DNA of 64,000 nucleotides from Candidatus Nomurabacteria bacterium. Lineage in GTDB: Bacteria; Patescibacteriota; Minisyncoccia; Phycocordibacterales; UBA10002. The notes under the pieces are model-generated. The model searched no databases. It was not told the origin of the DNA and saw only the letters and a program-made list of their open reading frames with translations. The stretch lies in NCBI GenBank assembly GCA_943354745.1, contig CALRDB010000002.1, positions 3,679 to 67,678 of the forward strand, in the 5' to 3' direction. The translations under genes and the position numbers were made by a program. Position 1 is the first letter of the stretch; the number at the start of each line of letters is the position of its first letter. Positions 18,161 through 28,239 of the stretch are shown here, piece after piece.

Positions 18161-18568
18161 TTTCTTCCCTTAGCCTGCCCCGACAAGTCTTCTTCGTCGG
18201 GACTCAGCCGTGTCATCGGCTTCAGTGCTTTCATATACTGTACCACGTGTGAGGAAAAAGAAAAGCCGGTCTTCCCCACCCAGGAGGAAGCCGGCCTTGG
18301 TTTAGGGTGCCAAACGGCAATCAGGTATGGACTACGCATAGAGCAAGGCCCTATAGGTTTTCCCATATCTTACAACCTATCAACCCTATGACGTCATGTC
18401 ATTTTTTCGCCGACTATGCCTCTCTTGCATGCGATGGCGAGGGAAGGTAGAGGTAGTACTTATCGCACCAGGCGAGTTCCCACTTTCCGTTCCCCAGATA
18501 GACGACAATCTATCATACTACCGACTTTAGGAATTTTTGCTAGTTGCCTTTCCGTCCACGCACCTTCT

Positions 18569-18871
18569 TTAATGACCTGTATTCAGTACCAGATGTGCAA
18601 ATGGCAGAAAATAATCCTGAAGCGATTTTTCATCCACTGAAAAATGATGTCTCTGTGACGGTAAATCTTCTACAACTTCCCGTAGCACATTAATTTCAGA
18701 GCGTTCTGCCGGCCGAAGCGGTAATTCAGAGAGAGCATCGAAGATTCCTCTTGCCCGTTTCATCGCCCCATCCGCGAGTGCCGTATCACCTTTTGCAAGG
18801 GCAGATTGGAGGCGAGAAACCTCGCTACCGAGGTTTGCTACATAAAAGGCACTTGTTCGCGCGGGTGTCAT
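18569..18871 (-). CDS. Hypothetical protein
   Basis: Overlaps the stop of the upstream gene (ATGA); ANLGSEVSR helical motif. Confidence 0.7.
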   Translation of the reverse strand: MTPARTSAFYVANLGSEVSRLQSALAKGDTALADGAMKRARGIFDALSELPLRPAERSEINVLREVVEDLPSQRHHFSVDEKSLQDYFLPFAHLVLNTGH

Positions 18872-19212
18872 AGTATCCGTTTGTTAATAATCATTCTTAT
18901 TTTCTCCTGAAGCTCCGGACTTTCAACCAGCATACCCCTGTTGTTTTGGGCTGGACGGATATTGATGAGCGAAGTGAACTCAATCCACTCGGCACGAGGC
19001 CTGTTCAGATGAATGTTGAAACCCCAGACGGTATCCTGCTTTGAGCCATTCTCCGTTAGGCACATATTCGCGTCCATGTGATATTCGCCGCCGAGCGCCA
19101 GAATCTCTCGCTCAATATCAACTACGCCTTTTACCATATCACCGTACCACTCCCGAGCGAGTGTAGCCAGCTCCTCTCTCGAAATTGCCTCAGTTACGAT
19201 TTTAATCTCCAT
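18868..19212 (-). CDS. Conserved hypothetical protein (DUF5674-like)
   Basis: MVKGVVDIER...GGEYH.D...L...GS.Q..VWG.N...SLINIRP.QNN. Confidence 0.75.
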   Translation of the reverse strand: MEIKIVTEAISREELATLAREWYGDMVKGVVDIEREILALGGEYHMDANMCLTENGSKQDTVWGFNIHLNRPRAEWIEFTSLINIRPAQNNRGMLVESPELQEKIRMIINKRIL

Positions 19213-20166
19213 CTAATATAGTTTAACTCCAACCTTCTCCCTCACCTCGTCCATTTTGGCCGAGGCTTTTTCCTTGGCGCGGATGCCGCCTTCCTTTAAG
19301 ACTTTGAGTACTGCGGCGGTATCGCCTGCGATAGTCTTTCGCTTCTCCCGAAGCGGGCGGATAAAGGTTTTGATGTCGTTAATAAGCGCCTCCTTGAGTG
19401 CTTTGTACTTCCCCTCGTGCTGTTTGTACAAGACGGTCAATTCTTCTTCGGAACGGAAAAGTTTGTGCATCTCGTACACATTCTTTGGAATGCCTCCGCT
19501 TGAATCGGTGACAATACTCATCACGCACTTTTCAATTTCGGCATCTTCGGCAAAGAGCGGAATAGTGTTGCCGTAGCTCTTGCTCATCTTGCGGCCGTCA
19601 ATACCGGGGACAACGGCAACGTTCGCCAAAATCTTCGGTTCAGGCAATTTAAAAGTTTCGCCGTAAATGCGATTGAATTTCTCGGCGGTGTCGCGGGTAA
19701 TCTCGACGTGCTGTTTTTGGTCAGCACCAACAGGCACTACATCAGTGTCATAGAGAAGGATATCCGCGACCATAAGCATCGGGTAGTTAAAGAGCCCAAC
19801 ACTTATCTCCTTGCTCAGATTCGCCTCCGCAGCTTTGTAGGCATGTGCTCTCTGGAGGTACGGCACTGTGGTTATTGTGTCGAATATCCATGCAAGCTCG
19901 GTGTGTTCAGAAACATCCGATTGTTTGAAGATAATGGATTTTTCTGGGTCTAGACCAATCGAAAGATAGTCAATGGCTAGGTCAATAATGTTTTGCTTCA
20001 TCACCTTCGCGTCCTGAATGGCGTTAAGTGCATGGTAATCCGCAAGCATGAAAAGGCAATCGTGAGTCTCCTGCATATCCACGAATTGTTTCATCGCGCC
20101 GAAAAAGTTGCCGATATGCGGCCTTCCCGACGGTTGTATTCCCGATAACAGTATCTTTTTTGACAT
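19213..20166 (-). CDS. trpS: Tryptophan--tRNA ligase
   Basis: SGIQPSG.PHIGN, VPVGADQKQH and KMSKS. Confidence 0.97.
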   Translation of the reverse strand: MSKKILLSGIQPSGRPHIGNFFGAMKQFVDMQETHDCLFMLADYHALNAIQDAKVMKQNIIDLAIDYLSIGLDPEKSIIFKQSDVSEHTELAWIFDTITTVPYLQRAHAYKAAEANLSKEISVGLFNYPMLMVADILLYDTDVVPVGADQKQHVEITRDTAEKFNRIYGETFKLPEPKILANVAVVPGIDGRKMSKSYGNTIPLFAEDAEIEKCVMSIVTDSSGGIPKNVYEMHKLFRSEEELTVLYKQHEGKYKALKEALINDIKTFIRPLREKRKTIAGDTAAVLKVLKEGGIRAKEKASAKMDEVREKVGVKLY

Positions 20167-20208
20167 GCTTGTAATACTACCAAAAACCGCACCTTTTTGG
20201 AACTGGCT

Positions 20209-20235
20209 CTGGATTCCTGCTTACACAGGAATGAC
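20209..20235. repeat. dRS3/REP-like element
   Basis: ctggattcctgcttacacaggaatgac. Confidence 0.75.
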
Positions 20236-20381
20236 AGGTATTAGAGATTAGGTGAATTAGAAATTAGACATTACTTTACAGTTTGACGGGAAGTTCAACA
20301 ATAAAGGTAGACTCTTTCCCTTCTCCTCCCGATTCGGCGAGGGAGGATACCTGTAGCCTCTACATAGTACCGTAGAGATCA

Positions 20382-20768
20382 CTAAGAAATGTTTTGTCTC
20401 GGGTAGCGCGTCCCTCGCAGCAAAAAGTTGTGTTCTATTTCTGAGAGCCCGAAAGCCTTTGTGAAATAGTTCAAAATAAAAGTCGTGTCCATCCCCACTT
20501 TGCAACTGTACACATCAGCAGTGAGAAAACGTCTCTCAGTAAACGTGTGAATACTGATATGACTTTCGGCAATCAGCACTACCCCACTCACTCCACCAGG
20601 ATCTTTGGCTCCATTTCCATCAAATACCACAAGTTGCGGTTCGGCAATTTTGTGCATACCGAGAAGCTCGGGAAGTTCATTGAGACATGAAAGAACAAGC
20701 TCCTTGTCACAGAGTCTCTTTTTATCACCGTTATATCCGTCAATTGTTAGATGTTCACCGAAATGCAT
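20382..20768 (-). CDS. speD: S-adenosylmethionine decarboxylase proenzyme family
   Basis: G.HL..D, GVSGVVLIAESHISIHT (ES self-cleavage site) and DVYSC. Confidence 0.85.
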   Translation of the reverse strand: MHFGEHLTIDGYNGDKKRLCDKELVLSCLNELPELLGMHKIAEPQLVVFDGNGAKDPGGVSGVVLIAESHISIHTFTERRFLTADVYSCKVGMDTTFILNYFTKAFGLSEIEHNFLLRGTRYPRQNIS

Positions 20769-20967
20769 ACGCTCTATAGCGACACCTATTAAAAACTATA
20801 CCGTAATGTAAAATCCCGCCTCCGGCACACCCTTCATCAAGGACGCACCGAAGGCGGGACTCCTCATAAATTAAAAAATCGGTTACCTAACGTAACCAAC
20901 TTATTTGGGAGGACTCGCCGCACTTGTGAACAATCTTTTGGAAGTATATGTGTAATCGTACACAGCG

Positions 20968-21594
20968 TCAACGCTTTTGTGTGGACAAACGTTCTCGTAA
21001 TTCAGGAAAGTGACGATACATCTTCTGATTAAAGTCGTCCATGTCAGTGAATAGCTCCGCGATAAAGCCTGTCTGCCTCGCAACCTTGATATTTTCATGC
21101 TCATCATCCCAAAAGAGTGTTTCTGGTGGATGTATACCTTTCGTCGTTTCTACGTAGTTCCAAAAGCTGGCATCTTCTTTTCGAGAGCCGACATGCGCCG
21201 ATGAAAACACGGCGTCAAAATACATACCGAGACCAAACTCATTGAGGATATAGTCGGTACGATATTTTTCATTATCCGTTGCCAGAAAGGTAGCAACACC
21301 ACTCGCCCGGAGTGTCTGTATGGTCGAAAGCATTTCCTCATTACGCAAACCTTCTTTACTAAACCAAAAATAAAGAAGCTCTTCGAGAGTGCCCTTCCAC
21401 CCCCAACTACGATAGTAGCGAGCGAGTTCAATCTTTAAATCTCGTTTGCCAATAGTACAATCTCGGAATACCTCATTGAAAAATGGCGCGGTAGTTTCCT
21501 TGGTAATACCGTAGTCGGCACACAATCGATCGGTGAACCGCTTATCGCGATTAATCACCACACCGTCTCCGTCAATAATAAGATTTTTAATCAT
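20968..21594 (-). CDS. HAD-IA family hydrolase
   Basis: DGDGV, ATDN and FWDD..ENI motifs. Confidence 0.85.
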   Translation of the reverse strand: MIKNLIIDGDGVVINRDKRFTDRLCADYGITKETTAPFFNEVFRDCTIGKRDLKIELARYYRSWGWKGTLEELLYFWFSKEGLRNEEMLSTIQTLRASGVATFLATDNEKYRTDYILNEFGLGMYFDAVFSSAHVGSRKEDASFWNYVETTKGIHPPETLFWDDEHENIKVARQTGFIAELFTDMDDFNQKMYRHFPELRERLSTQKR

Positions 21595-22865
21595 GTTTTA
21601 TGTCGTGCGCGGTGCGGCTTCACTGGAATAAGAGAAAATGAGACGTGCTTCTTTCCATGCTTATGGACCACAAAACGGTAGAACATCCACACAAGCAAGA
21701 CAGGAATAGCACTTATGACAATGGTCCAGGTTGGCCCCACAAAGGTGTAAGCGAATCCTGCAAGTACCGGGCCGATGGCCCATCCAAGATCCTGAAAAAG
21801 CGTAATGACCCCCGCAATCGTACCATCGTTGTCGTGTTCACGATCGAGTGAGTGTAGCCAGGACCAAAGTGAAATGCTGGCCATTTCGTCTCCCGATGTT
21901 GCAAGAAACCCAAAAAGTAAAAAGAGCCAACCGAAGTCAAAGCCAAGGAGTATACCGGATACCGCGAATAAAAGCAGACCGAAAAAGACAAGAGCTCGCT
22001 TATCACTTCTATCGGCAAGATGTCCAAAAAGGAACCCGAGCAGTACAATCGAAAAGTCGAAGATACCCAAACCAAGACTGAGTAGTCCCGCATTCGCCTG
22101 ATGAGCGATCACGAGCGGTACGACAAACCAAATAGCACCGTAGAAAATACAACCGACGAAAGAGACGAGGAGTAACATACCACTCGCTGGGTTAAGGCGT
22201 TTAAGCGCTCTAAGTGTCGTGTGAAGAAAATGGCGACGAATAAAATAATGGTGCGAAGATACTTTCTTCTCCTTGTGAACTGAAACATAATCTTCCGGAC
22301 TAAAAAAAAGAAAAAACAACGAGACGAGGAGAAGTACGAAGATGACAGATCCCATAATTTCAGGTTTTTGTGTCAGTACCAAAGGAAGCGCAATGCTTGC
22401 AAGTACCACACCGATTGACCCCGCTACATCTCGAACTGAAATGAACTTACCCGCTATGTCCTTAGGAGCATGCGAAAGTACATACGCGTCAACGCCTGGT
22501 CCAAAGAAAAGCCAGCCAAAAATACTAAAGAGTAGACTAAGAAGATAGGTTATCCTCGTAAGCCCGAATGTAAGCGTAATCGCGGCAAACAAAAAGAGAA
22601 GAGTGGTTATCTTCAAAAATCTGCGATAACCAAAGCGGTCGAGAAGATGTCCCGCTGGAACATCGAGAAGAAGCTGCACAAAGGAGCAACTTCCCATCAG
22701 GAGACCGACGACCCACAAAGGAAAAAATTGCTCACCGAGAGGTGAGATAAGGGAGTAATGCAAACTCCCTCCGAATTTAAACAACAACAAGAAAAACCAA
22801 AATGGCAAAAAGCTTAGAAGAGCGTTTGCGAGTGAGCGAGTGTTTGCTGTTGAAGTGGAAGACAT
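21591..22865 (-). CDS. MFS transporter
   Basis: About 12 TM segments; GHLLDRFGYRR motif A; start MSSTS at 22865, since the track's longer ORF runs into a tRNA. Confidence 0.88.
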   Translation of the reverse strand: MSSTSTANTRSLANALLSFLPFWFFLLLFKFGGSLHYSLISPLGEQFFPLWVVGLLMGSCSFVQLLLDVPAGHLLDRFGYRRFLKITTLLFLFAAITLTFGLTRITYLLSLLFSIFGWLFFGPGVDAYVLSHAPKDIAGKFISVRDVAGSIGVVLASIALPLVLTQKPEIMGSVIFVLLLVSLFFLFFSPEDYVSVHKEKKVSSHHYFIRRHFLHTTLRALKRLNPASGMLLLVSFVGCIFYGAIWFVVPLVIAHQANAGLLSLGLGIFDFSIVLLGFLFGHLADRSDKRALVFFGLLLFAVSGILLGFDFGWLFLLFGFLATSGDEMASISLWSWLHSLDREHDNDGTIAGVITLFQDLGWAIGPVLAGFAYTFVGPTWTIVISAIPVLLVWMFYRFVVHKHGKKHVSFSLIPVKPHRARHKT

Positions 22866-22879
22866 GATGGGCTTATGAA

Positions 22880-22954
22880 TGGTGCTCCTAGCTGGAATCG
22901 AACCAGCATCATCTCCTTCGGAGGGAGATATCCTATCCATTGAACGACAGGAGC
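22880..22954 (-). tRNA. tRNA-Arg(CCG)
   Basis: Acceptor GCTCCTG/TAGGAGC plus ACCA; anticodon arm TCTCC-CTCCGAA-GGAGA; GGTTCGATTCC. Confidence 0.95.
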
Positions 22955-23148
22955 GTCAGGCACCTGCCCGACACGCTTCGCTGTCGATGCGGGCGGGAGT
23001 CGGGCAGGTATCCATTGAACGACAAGTGCGCACGACTATCTTATCTCCTCAGTCGGGAAATGGGAACCTCTTTTAGTTCCGTTGTCCGACTTGCCTTTTG
23101 ACTCATTTTCTTCTATCTTTTGCGTGGGCAGCAAATTTAGTAGAAATT

Positions 23149-23388
23149 ATGAACGAAGATCAACTAATTATGCACGTGGAGGGAACCATCGTATTCTCTT
23201 CTGAGGGGTATACGAACCAGGCAAGGGCGGAACAACAAGGGAACCGAGAGGAGCCGGGAAAACCTTCACCTCTTCATAATACAAACAGCAATCAGGCTCT
23301 TTTTGCGGCGAACAAGCCTGCAAGGGAGTGGAGGCAGAGAAAACTCAATGAGGATAGACGCCGAGTACGGGGACTTGAAATTCGATAA
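23149..23388 (+). CDS. Hypothetical protein
   Basis: ORF from MNEDQL ending before a terminator-like hairpin at 23419-23453; no recognisable motif. Confidence 0.35.
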   Translation: MNEDQLIMHVEGTIVFSSEGYTNQARAEQQGNREEPGKPSPLHNTNSNQALFAANKPAREWRQRKLNEDRRRVRGLEIR

Positions 23389-23494
23389 CATATAAACATA
23401 TAAAAGAGACGACAAATGCAAAAAGCGACCACCGGTGGTGGTCGCTCTTTTTTATCTTTTCATCGTCTACATTCTACTTACTACTCGCTTCGCG

Positions 23495-24589
23495 CTATAT
23501 CCCCTGCTTCTTTAACTCTTCAACAAGCTTCTTTACGTCTTTCGAGAGCTTGCTTGGAAGGTCAATGACAATTTTAATAAGTAAGTCACCACGACGGTTC
23601 CTGTCGATGGGCACTCCTTTCCCTTTGAGGCGAAGCATCTCACCCGGTTTAATACCCTCGGGAATCTTAACCGTCACATTACCATCGAGAGTGGGAATAG
23701 TGTATTCATCACCGAGTAACGCGCTTGAAAGTTTAATCTGCAAATCCATAAGGAGATTACTTCCTTCTCTTTGGAAGAGAGCGTGCTTTTGTACATGTAC
23801 CTTCACATAGAGATCTCCTGCAACGCCTCCTTGTATTGCCTCACCTGCTCCCCCGAGACGGATAACTTCTCCATCTTCTATACCCACCGGCACCTTAACG
23901 ACAATCTCCTCCTGTTTTCGATTAACTCCAGCACCGTGACAGGTGCCACACTTCTCGGAAGGTACTTGGCCCCGTCCCAAACAATCATCGCAGGTCTTGG
24001 TGGTCTGGACAGCTCCGAAAATAGAACGACGACTTTCACGAATTTTGCCCTTACCATTGCAAGTTTTACAGGTCTCCAGCTTCGCGCCCGGCTTTGCTCC
24101 GCTTCCTTTACAGATATCACAGCTACTCGTCTTATTTAACAGCATGCGGCGTTCAACACCGAAGATAGACTCGGAGAATGAAAGCTCAATATCGACGGAA
24201 ATATCACGTCCGCGTCTCGCGCGCTCTCGTTGACCACCGAAGAAGTCACTGAAAATATCACCGAGGTCAAATTCAAATCCATTCGCGTTCCCGCTGAAAC
24301 CTTGCCCTGAAGCAAAGTTACTGAAATCGAATCCTTCAAAGCCTTCATGTCCGGCTCCAGCACCATTACTCGCGCCCCCGGAAAATACTCGGCCATAGGC
24401 ATCATACTCCGCGCGCTTTTTCTCGTCCGAAAGCACGCTGTACGCCTCGTTCACTTCTTTAAACTTCGCCTCATCACCACCTTTCTTATCGGGGTGGAAT
24501 TTATGCGCCATCGTACGAAACGCCTTTTTAATATCGTCTTGCGAGGCTGCTTTTTGGATACCGAGAAGGTCGTAGTAATTTTTTGACAT
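23495..24589 (-). CDS. dnaJ: Chaperone DnaJ
   Basis: HPD J-domain, G/F region and four CxxCxGxG repeats. Confidence 0.98.
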   Translation of the reverse strand: MSKNYYDLLGIQKAASQDDIKKAFRTMAHKFHPDKKGGDEAKFKEVNEAYSVLSDEKKRAEYDAYGRVFSGGASNGAGAGHEGFEGFDFSNFASGQGFSGNANGFEFDLGDIFSDFFGGQRERARRGRDISVDIELSFSESIFGVERRMLLNKTSSCDICKGSGAKPGAKLETCKTCNGKGKIRESRRSIFGAVQTTKTCDDCLGRGQVPSEKCGTCHGAGVNRKQEEIVVKVPVGIEDGEVIRLGGAGEAIQGGVAGDLYVKVHVQKHALFQREGSNLLMDLQIKLSSALLGDEYTIPTLDGNVTVKIPEGIKPGEMLRLKGKGVPIDRNRRGDLLIKIVIDLPSKLSKDVKKLVEELKKQGI

Positions 24590-24813
24590 AGCTATACGAA
24601 AATACGAATTACACGAATCAACGAATGGCTACGAATAAGAATCGAAAATAAGTATATATCAAGAAGCTTCTACGCTAGATTGACAGAGTATACATTATGT
24701 TCTACTGTTTTGTCCAGCCGGTTTAGAAATCAACAAAAAAATGGCCGGGTAAGAGGATGGCACCAAATGAACAATTATAAATGTAACAAGGGGTGTCTTT
24801 TTTTATGCAAAAA

Positions 24814-25500
24814 TTACTGTATTATATACACCACATCCTTCCGTTCCACGATGACCTTCCAACCGCTACGCTTCGCGTGAGCGTAGAGCTTCGCGTTCGG
24901 ATTAAAGCACATCGGCTCGTCCACCAGTTCAAGGAACGGAATATCGCTCTCGGTATCCCCTACTCCGATTGAACCTTTAAGCGAAAGCTTCTCTTTCGCA
25001 ACCGCATGTTGAACCACAGCAGCTTTATTGAGCATAAAGGTCTCCTCGGTGATTTTGCCGGTGAATCGCTCTGTGGGTCCCGTCTCATACATAAGACCGT
25101 AGACCTTATCGAAACCAAGACGTTTGCAGAAATGATCCAGAACGCCTTTCGGTGAATGCGAAACCGCAAGCAAAAAATAATCCTTCTTTTTAAGATCCTT
25201 AATAAGGTCACGGGTGTAGCGATAGACACGGTCCTTCTGTTCAGCTACTACCTCTTCAGCAACGCGACTAAAATCGGCGTATGCGACACCCTTAATGTTC
25301 TGCATGAACACTTTGATAATCGCATGGATATATGCGTCATACTCACCTTTCCGGTCAAGCCATGCCAGTCTTTGCCGTGCAAAGTCCTGCGCCTTTTGCT
25401 TGCTAAAGATTCCCTCTTCAATGAGGCGGTCAACAATTTGGATAAGAAGACTTGAGCGGAAAATAGTTCCGTCGATATCGAAGATAGCTACCTTTTGCAT
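24814..25500 (-). CDS. HAD-IB (SerB-like) hydrolase
   Basis: FDIDGT, VSHSP, GDTESD.PFL and NP...L. Confidence 0.88.
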   Translation of the reverse strand: MQKVAIFDIDGTIFRSSLLIQIVDRLIEEGIFSKQKAQDFARQRLAWLDRKGEYDAYIHAIIKVFMQNIKGVAYADFSRVAEEVVAEQKDRVYRYTRDLIKDLKKKDYFLLAVSHSPKGVLDHFCKRLGFDKVYGLMYETGPTERFTGKITEETFMLNKAAVVQHAVAKEKLSLKGSIGVGDTESDIPFLELVDEPMCFNPNAKLYAHAKRSGWKVIVERKDVVYIIQ

Positions 25501-25568
25501 ATAAATAGTATACACCAGAGAGGACTAGCGTAACTTAAGTAAATGTGTTACCGTTTTACTAGAACCTT

Positions 25569-26054
25569 ATGAAAAAAATCTTCCCTGAGTACCCGAATCT
25601 ACTCCTCTACGCCAGTCAAAGCTGGAACCTCGGATTAGCAGCAGAAAGACTACAGGCACGTTGCAGAACGATCAGCACCTTTTCAGATACAGCGCTCGCT
25701 TCAAAGTTCATTACATCATATGGAAGTGAAATTGACTGTGTGATTCTCATTGTGCCGGCGAAAGAGATTATGAAGACTCCTTTTGGCATTTTGGCGATTA
25801 CATCGAAACCCATGGCGAAATTAGTCGCTGCCATTACCAAGAAATCGATCTTCTCAGCGATAATCAATCCCATTACATTCTGGGAGGTGTTTGATCATAC
25901 CCATCTCTCCGCAACTAAGATTGCGTTTAATCAAATGGATCGAGCCGTTGGTCCATGGCCGTCAAAAGAGAGACTGTACATGGACCTCGATTGGTCAGCC
26001 GTCTTTTCCATAGTGCAAGGTTTCATGCATGAGCGTGGCGATCACACACCGTGA
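25569..26054 (+). CDS. Hypothetical protein
   Basis: 161 aa ORF filling the gap between the HAD gene and metK. Confidence 0.55.
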   Translation: MKKIFPEYPNLLLYASQSWNLGLAAERLQARCRTISTFSDTALASKFITSYGSEIDCVILIVPAKEIMKTPFGILAITSKPMAKLVAAITKKSIFSAIINPITFWEVFDHTHLSATKIAFNQMDRAVGPWPSKERLYMDLDWSAVFSIVQGFMHERGDHTP

Positions 26055-26115
26055 AAGTACCCTGAACGAATTCACAAAACGCCGATCCAATCTTGGAGCG
26101 GCATTTTTTATGCTA

Positions 26116-27171
26116 TTACATCTTAATAACTTTTTCCCAAGGAAGACCTTTTTTCCCAAAATGACCATAGGCGGCAGTCTGCAAATACCACGGTTTCCTG
26201 AGGTCAAGACGTTCGATAATCGCAAGTGGCCGAAAGTCAAAATGTTTCTTCACCAATGGCGCAAGACTCTTCCCTTTCTCGTCAATCGCGTGAACCATAA
26301 GCGGATCAATGTGGCCGATAGCATACGCGACAGAAACGAGACAATCTTTCGCGTATCCGTTTGCAACCAAATTTTTCGCCACAAACCGACACATGTAAGC
26401 AGCAGAGCGGTCGACTTTGGTGAGATCTTTTCCTGAGAATGCTCCTCCTCCATGACAGATAAGTCCGCCGTAGGTATCCACCATGATTTTGCGGCCAGTG
26501 AGTCCAGCATCTGCTTCGAATCCTCCCTGTACAAAACTCCCAGTTGGATTGACAAGGACCTCGATTCCTTGAAGCGACCCTATAATCGGAGCAATGATTT
26601 TCTTCGTAACGACATCGGTCACCTCGTCGTGCCCGACACTCTTGTCGTGCTGAGTAGAGACAAGCGCTGTGGCAATCTTGTTATCAAGAATGGTGATTTG
26701 GGTCTTACCATCGGGCTTGAGCCATTTTATTTCCTTTTTCTCTCGCGCCTCCTGAAGTCTTCGAGCCATCTTGTGTACTAACACAACACCCTTCGGTAAA
26801 AATTCGGGCGTTTCCGTCGTGGCAAAGCCGTACATAATACCTTGGTCGCCCGCACCTCCTGTGTTAACTCCTTGTGCGATATCAGGTGACTGCTCCACGA
26901 TAAAAACCTGGATATCTAACGGTTTGGTATAGCCAATACTTCTATACACCTGTGCAGCGATTTTCTTGTAATCCACCTTTGCTTTAGTAGTAACTTCTCC
27001 GCCGAGTACGAGATGTCCGTGGCTTCCAAACGTTTCTACGGCAACTCGACTCATAGGATCCTGCCTCATGCATTCGTCTAAAATCGCGTCTGAAATTTGG
27101 TCACAGACCTTATCTGGATGGCCATTGGTAACACTCTCTACGGTGTACGTCTTACGATCATGTATATGCAT
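26116..27171 (-). CDS. metK: S-adenosylmethionine synthetase
   Basis: ESVT.GHPDK, GAGDQG, GGGAFSGKD.TKVDRS and YGHFG. Confidence 0.98.
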   Translation of the reverse strand: MHIHDRKTYTVESVTNGHPDKVCDQISDAILDECMRQDPMSRVAVETFGSHGHLVLGGEVTTKAKVDYKKIAAQVYRSIGYTKPLDIQVFIVEQSPDIAQGVNTGGAGDQGIMYGFATTETPEFLPKGVVLVHKMARRLQEAREKKEIKWLKPDGKTQITILDNKIATALVSTQHDKSVGHDEVTDVVTKKIIAPIIGSLQGIEVLVNPTGSFVQGGFEADAGLTGRKIMVDTYGGLICHGGGAFSGKDLTKVDRSAAYMCRFVAKNLVANGYAKDCLVSVAYAIGHIDPLMVHAIDEKGKSLAPLVKKHFDFRPLAIIERLDLRKPWYLQTAAYGHFGKKGLPWEKVIKM

Positions 27172-27267
27172 CGATTTGAAATTAATTTTTAATTTTCTAA
27201 TTTTTTAATTTCTAAATAATTTCCCGATGTCTTTTGTTTAAAAACTGGAAATTGGTTATTAAAAATT

Positions 27268-27394
27268 AAAATCCTTCCGTCCAGGAAGAATTTGACATTG
27301 TATCTTCCCTCGCGGGCTAGATGGAGCACCGCGTTCTCACAAAACCGGTTGCCGGAGGATCCTTGAGCTAGTACTCTCCCCTCTCTCTTGATAT
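27268..27394 (-). promoter_or_regulatory. SAM-I clan riboswitch (SAM-I or SAM-I/IV) upstream of metK
   Basis: Minus strand TATCAAGAG...GAGAGTACTAGCTC...CGGCAACC...GGTGC...GAAGATA, followed by a 3' hairpin. Confidence 0.85.
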
Positions 27395-27491
27395 ATATTC
27401 AGTTGTGACTACATAGTATCTAACTTACGAAAAACATGCAAAGTTACACGACAACTATCTATAGTAGAACTTAGGCACTCGGTCTCTTTCT

Positions 27492-27566
27492 GTCATCCTC
27501 GCGGATGCGGGGATCCAGTGTTGAGTTATTTTTTAAGGACTGGATTCCACTTTAGAGTGGAATGAC
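27492..27566. repeat. Inverted pair of dRS3/REP-like elements
   Basis: gtcatcctcgcggatgcggggatccag ... ctggattccactttagagtggaatgac. Confidence 0.8.
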
Positions 27567-27591
27567 ACCGATTGCGTAAATCCTACATATA

Positions 27592-28161
27592 TTACACCTC
27601 TATCGTTACGGCTCCTTCACGAAGTACCTGTGGCGCTCCACTAAGAAGCGACACCAGCGTGGAAGGTTTCCCCACATACGCTCGCTTTGCCCCGATATAC
27701 ATATCAACATGTGTCCCAAAATAAGACTTAGCTTCCTTAATGGTTCTTGCCGGCGTCTTTCCTTCGAAGTTCGCACTCGGCGCTACCAGTGGACCGGTCT
27801 CCTTGAGCAAAGCCTGGAGGCGGGAGGAGCGCGGAAGCCTGAACGCGAGTGAACCGGTATTACGATGCAAATACGAAAACTTTTTTGCTTTGCAAGGAAA
27901 GACAACACTTACTTTCCCTGGCCAAACCTTCTTCAGAAATTTCTCCTGTACCAGCGTGACTTTGCATCCAAATACACGGAGGTCCGTAATGTCACTGATC
28001 AGCACAATAAATGGTTTCTGTGCCGTCTCCCGCCGGAACGCGTATAGGCGCTCGACCGCTTTGCGGTTGAGCGCCTTAGCCACGATTCCATAGATAGTAT
28101 CGGTAGGAATAACCGCGAGACCTCCTCGACTGAGAAGTGAGCTAAGATGAGTTGAAAACAT
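27592..28161 (-). CDS. tsaC: L-threonylcarbamoyladenylate synthase (Sua5/TsaC)
   Basis: PTDTIYG, KPF, WPG, SAN, PST and LREG. Confidence 0.92.
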   Translation of the reverse strand: MFSTHLSSLLSRGGLAVIPTDTIYGIVAKALNRKAVERLYAFRRETAQKPFIVLISDITDLRVFGCKVTLVQEKFLKKVWPGKVSVVFPCKAKKFSYLHRNTGSLAFRLPRSSRLQALLKETGPLVAPSANFEGKTPARTIKEAKSYFGTHVDMYIGAKRAYVGKPSTLVSLLSGAPQVLREGAVTIEV

Positions 28162-28239
28162 AGATGTCCTTATTATATACAAAAATACGAACGCGGGGTT
28201 CGTACTTTCGTATCGGTTTTGGGAGTTCGTATTGTTTGA

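Noticed and set aside
22866-23076. N-terminal extension of the MFS ORF and the + strand ORF 22879-23076
   Set aside because: Both are translations of the tRNA-Arg gene.
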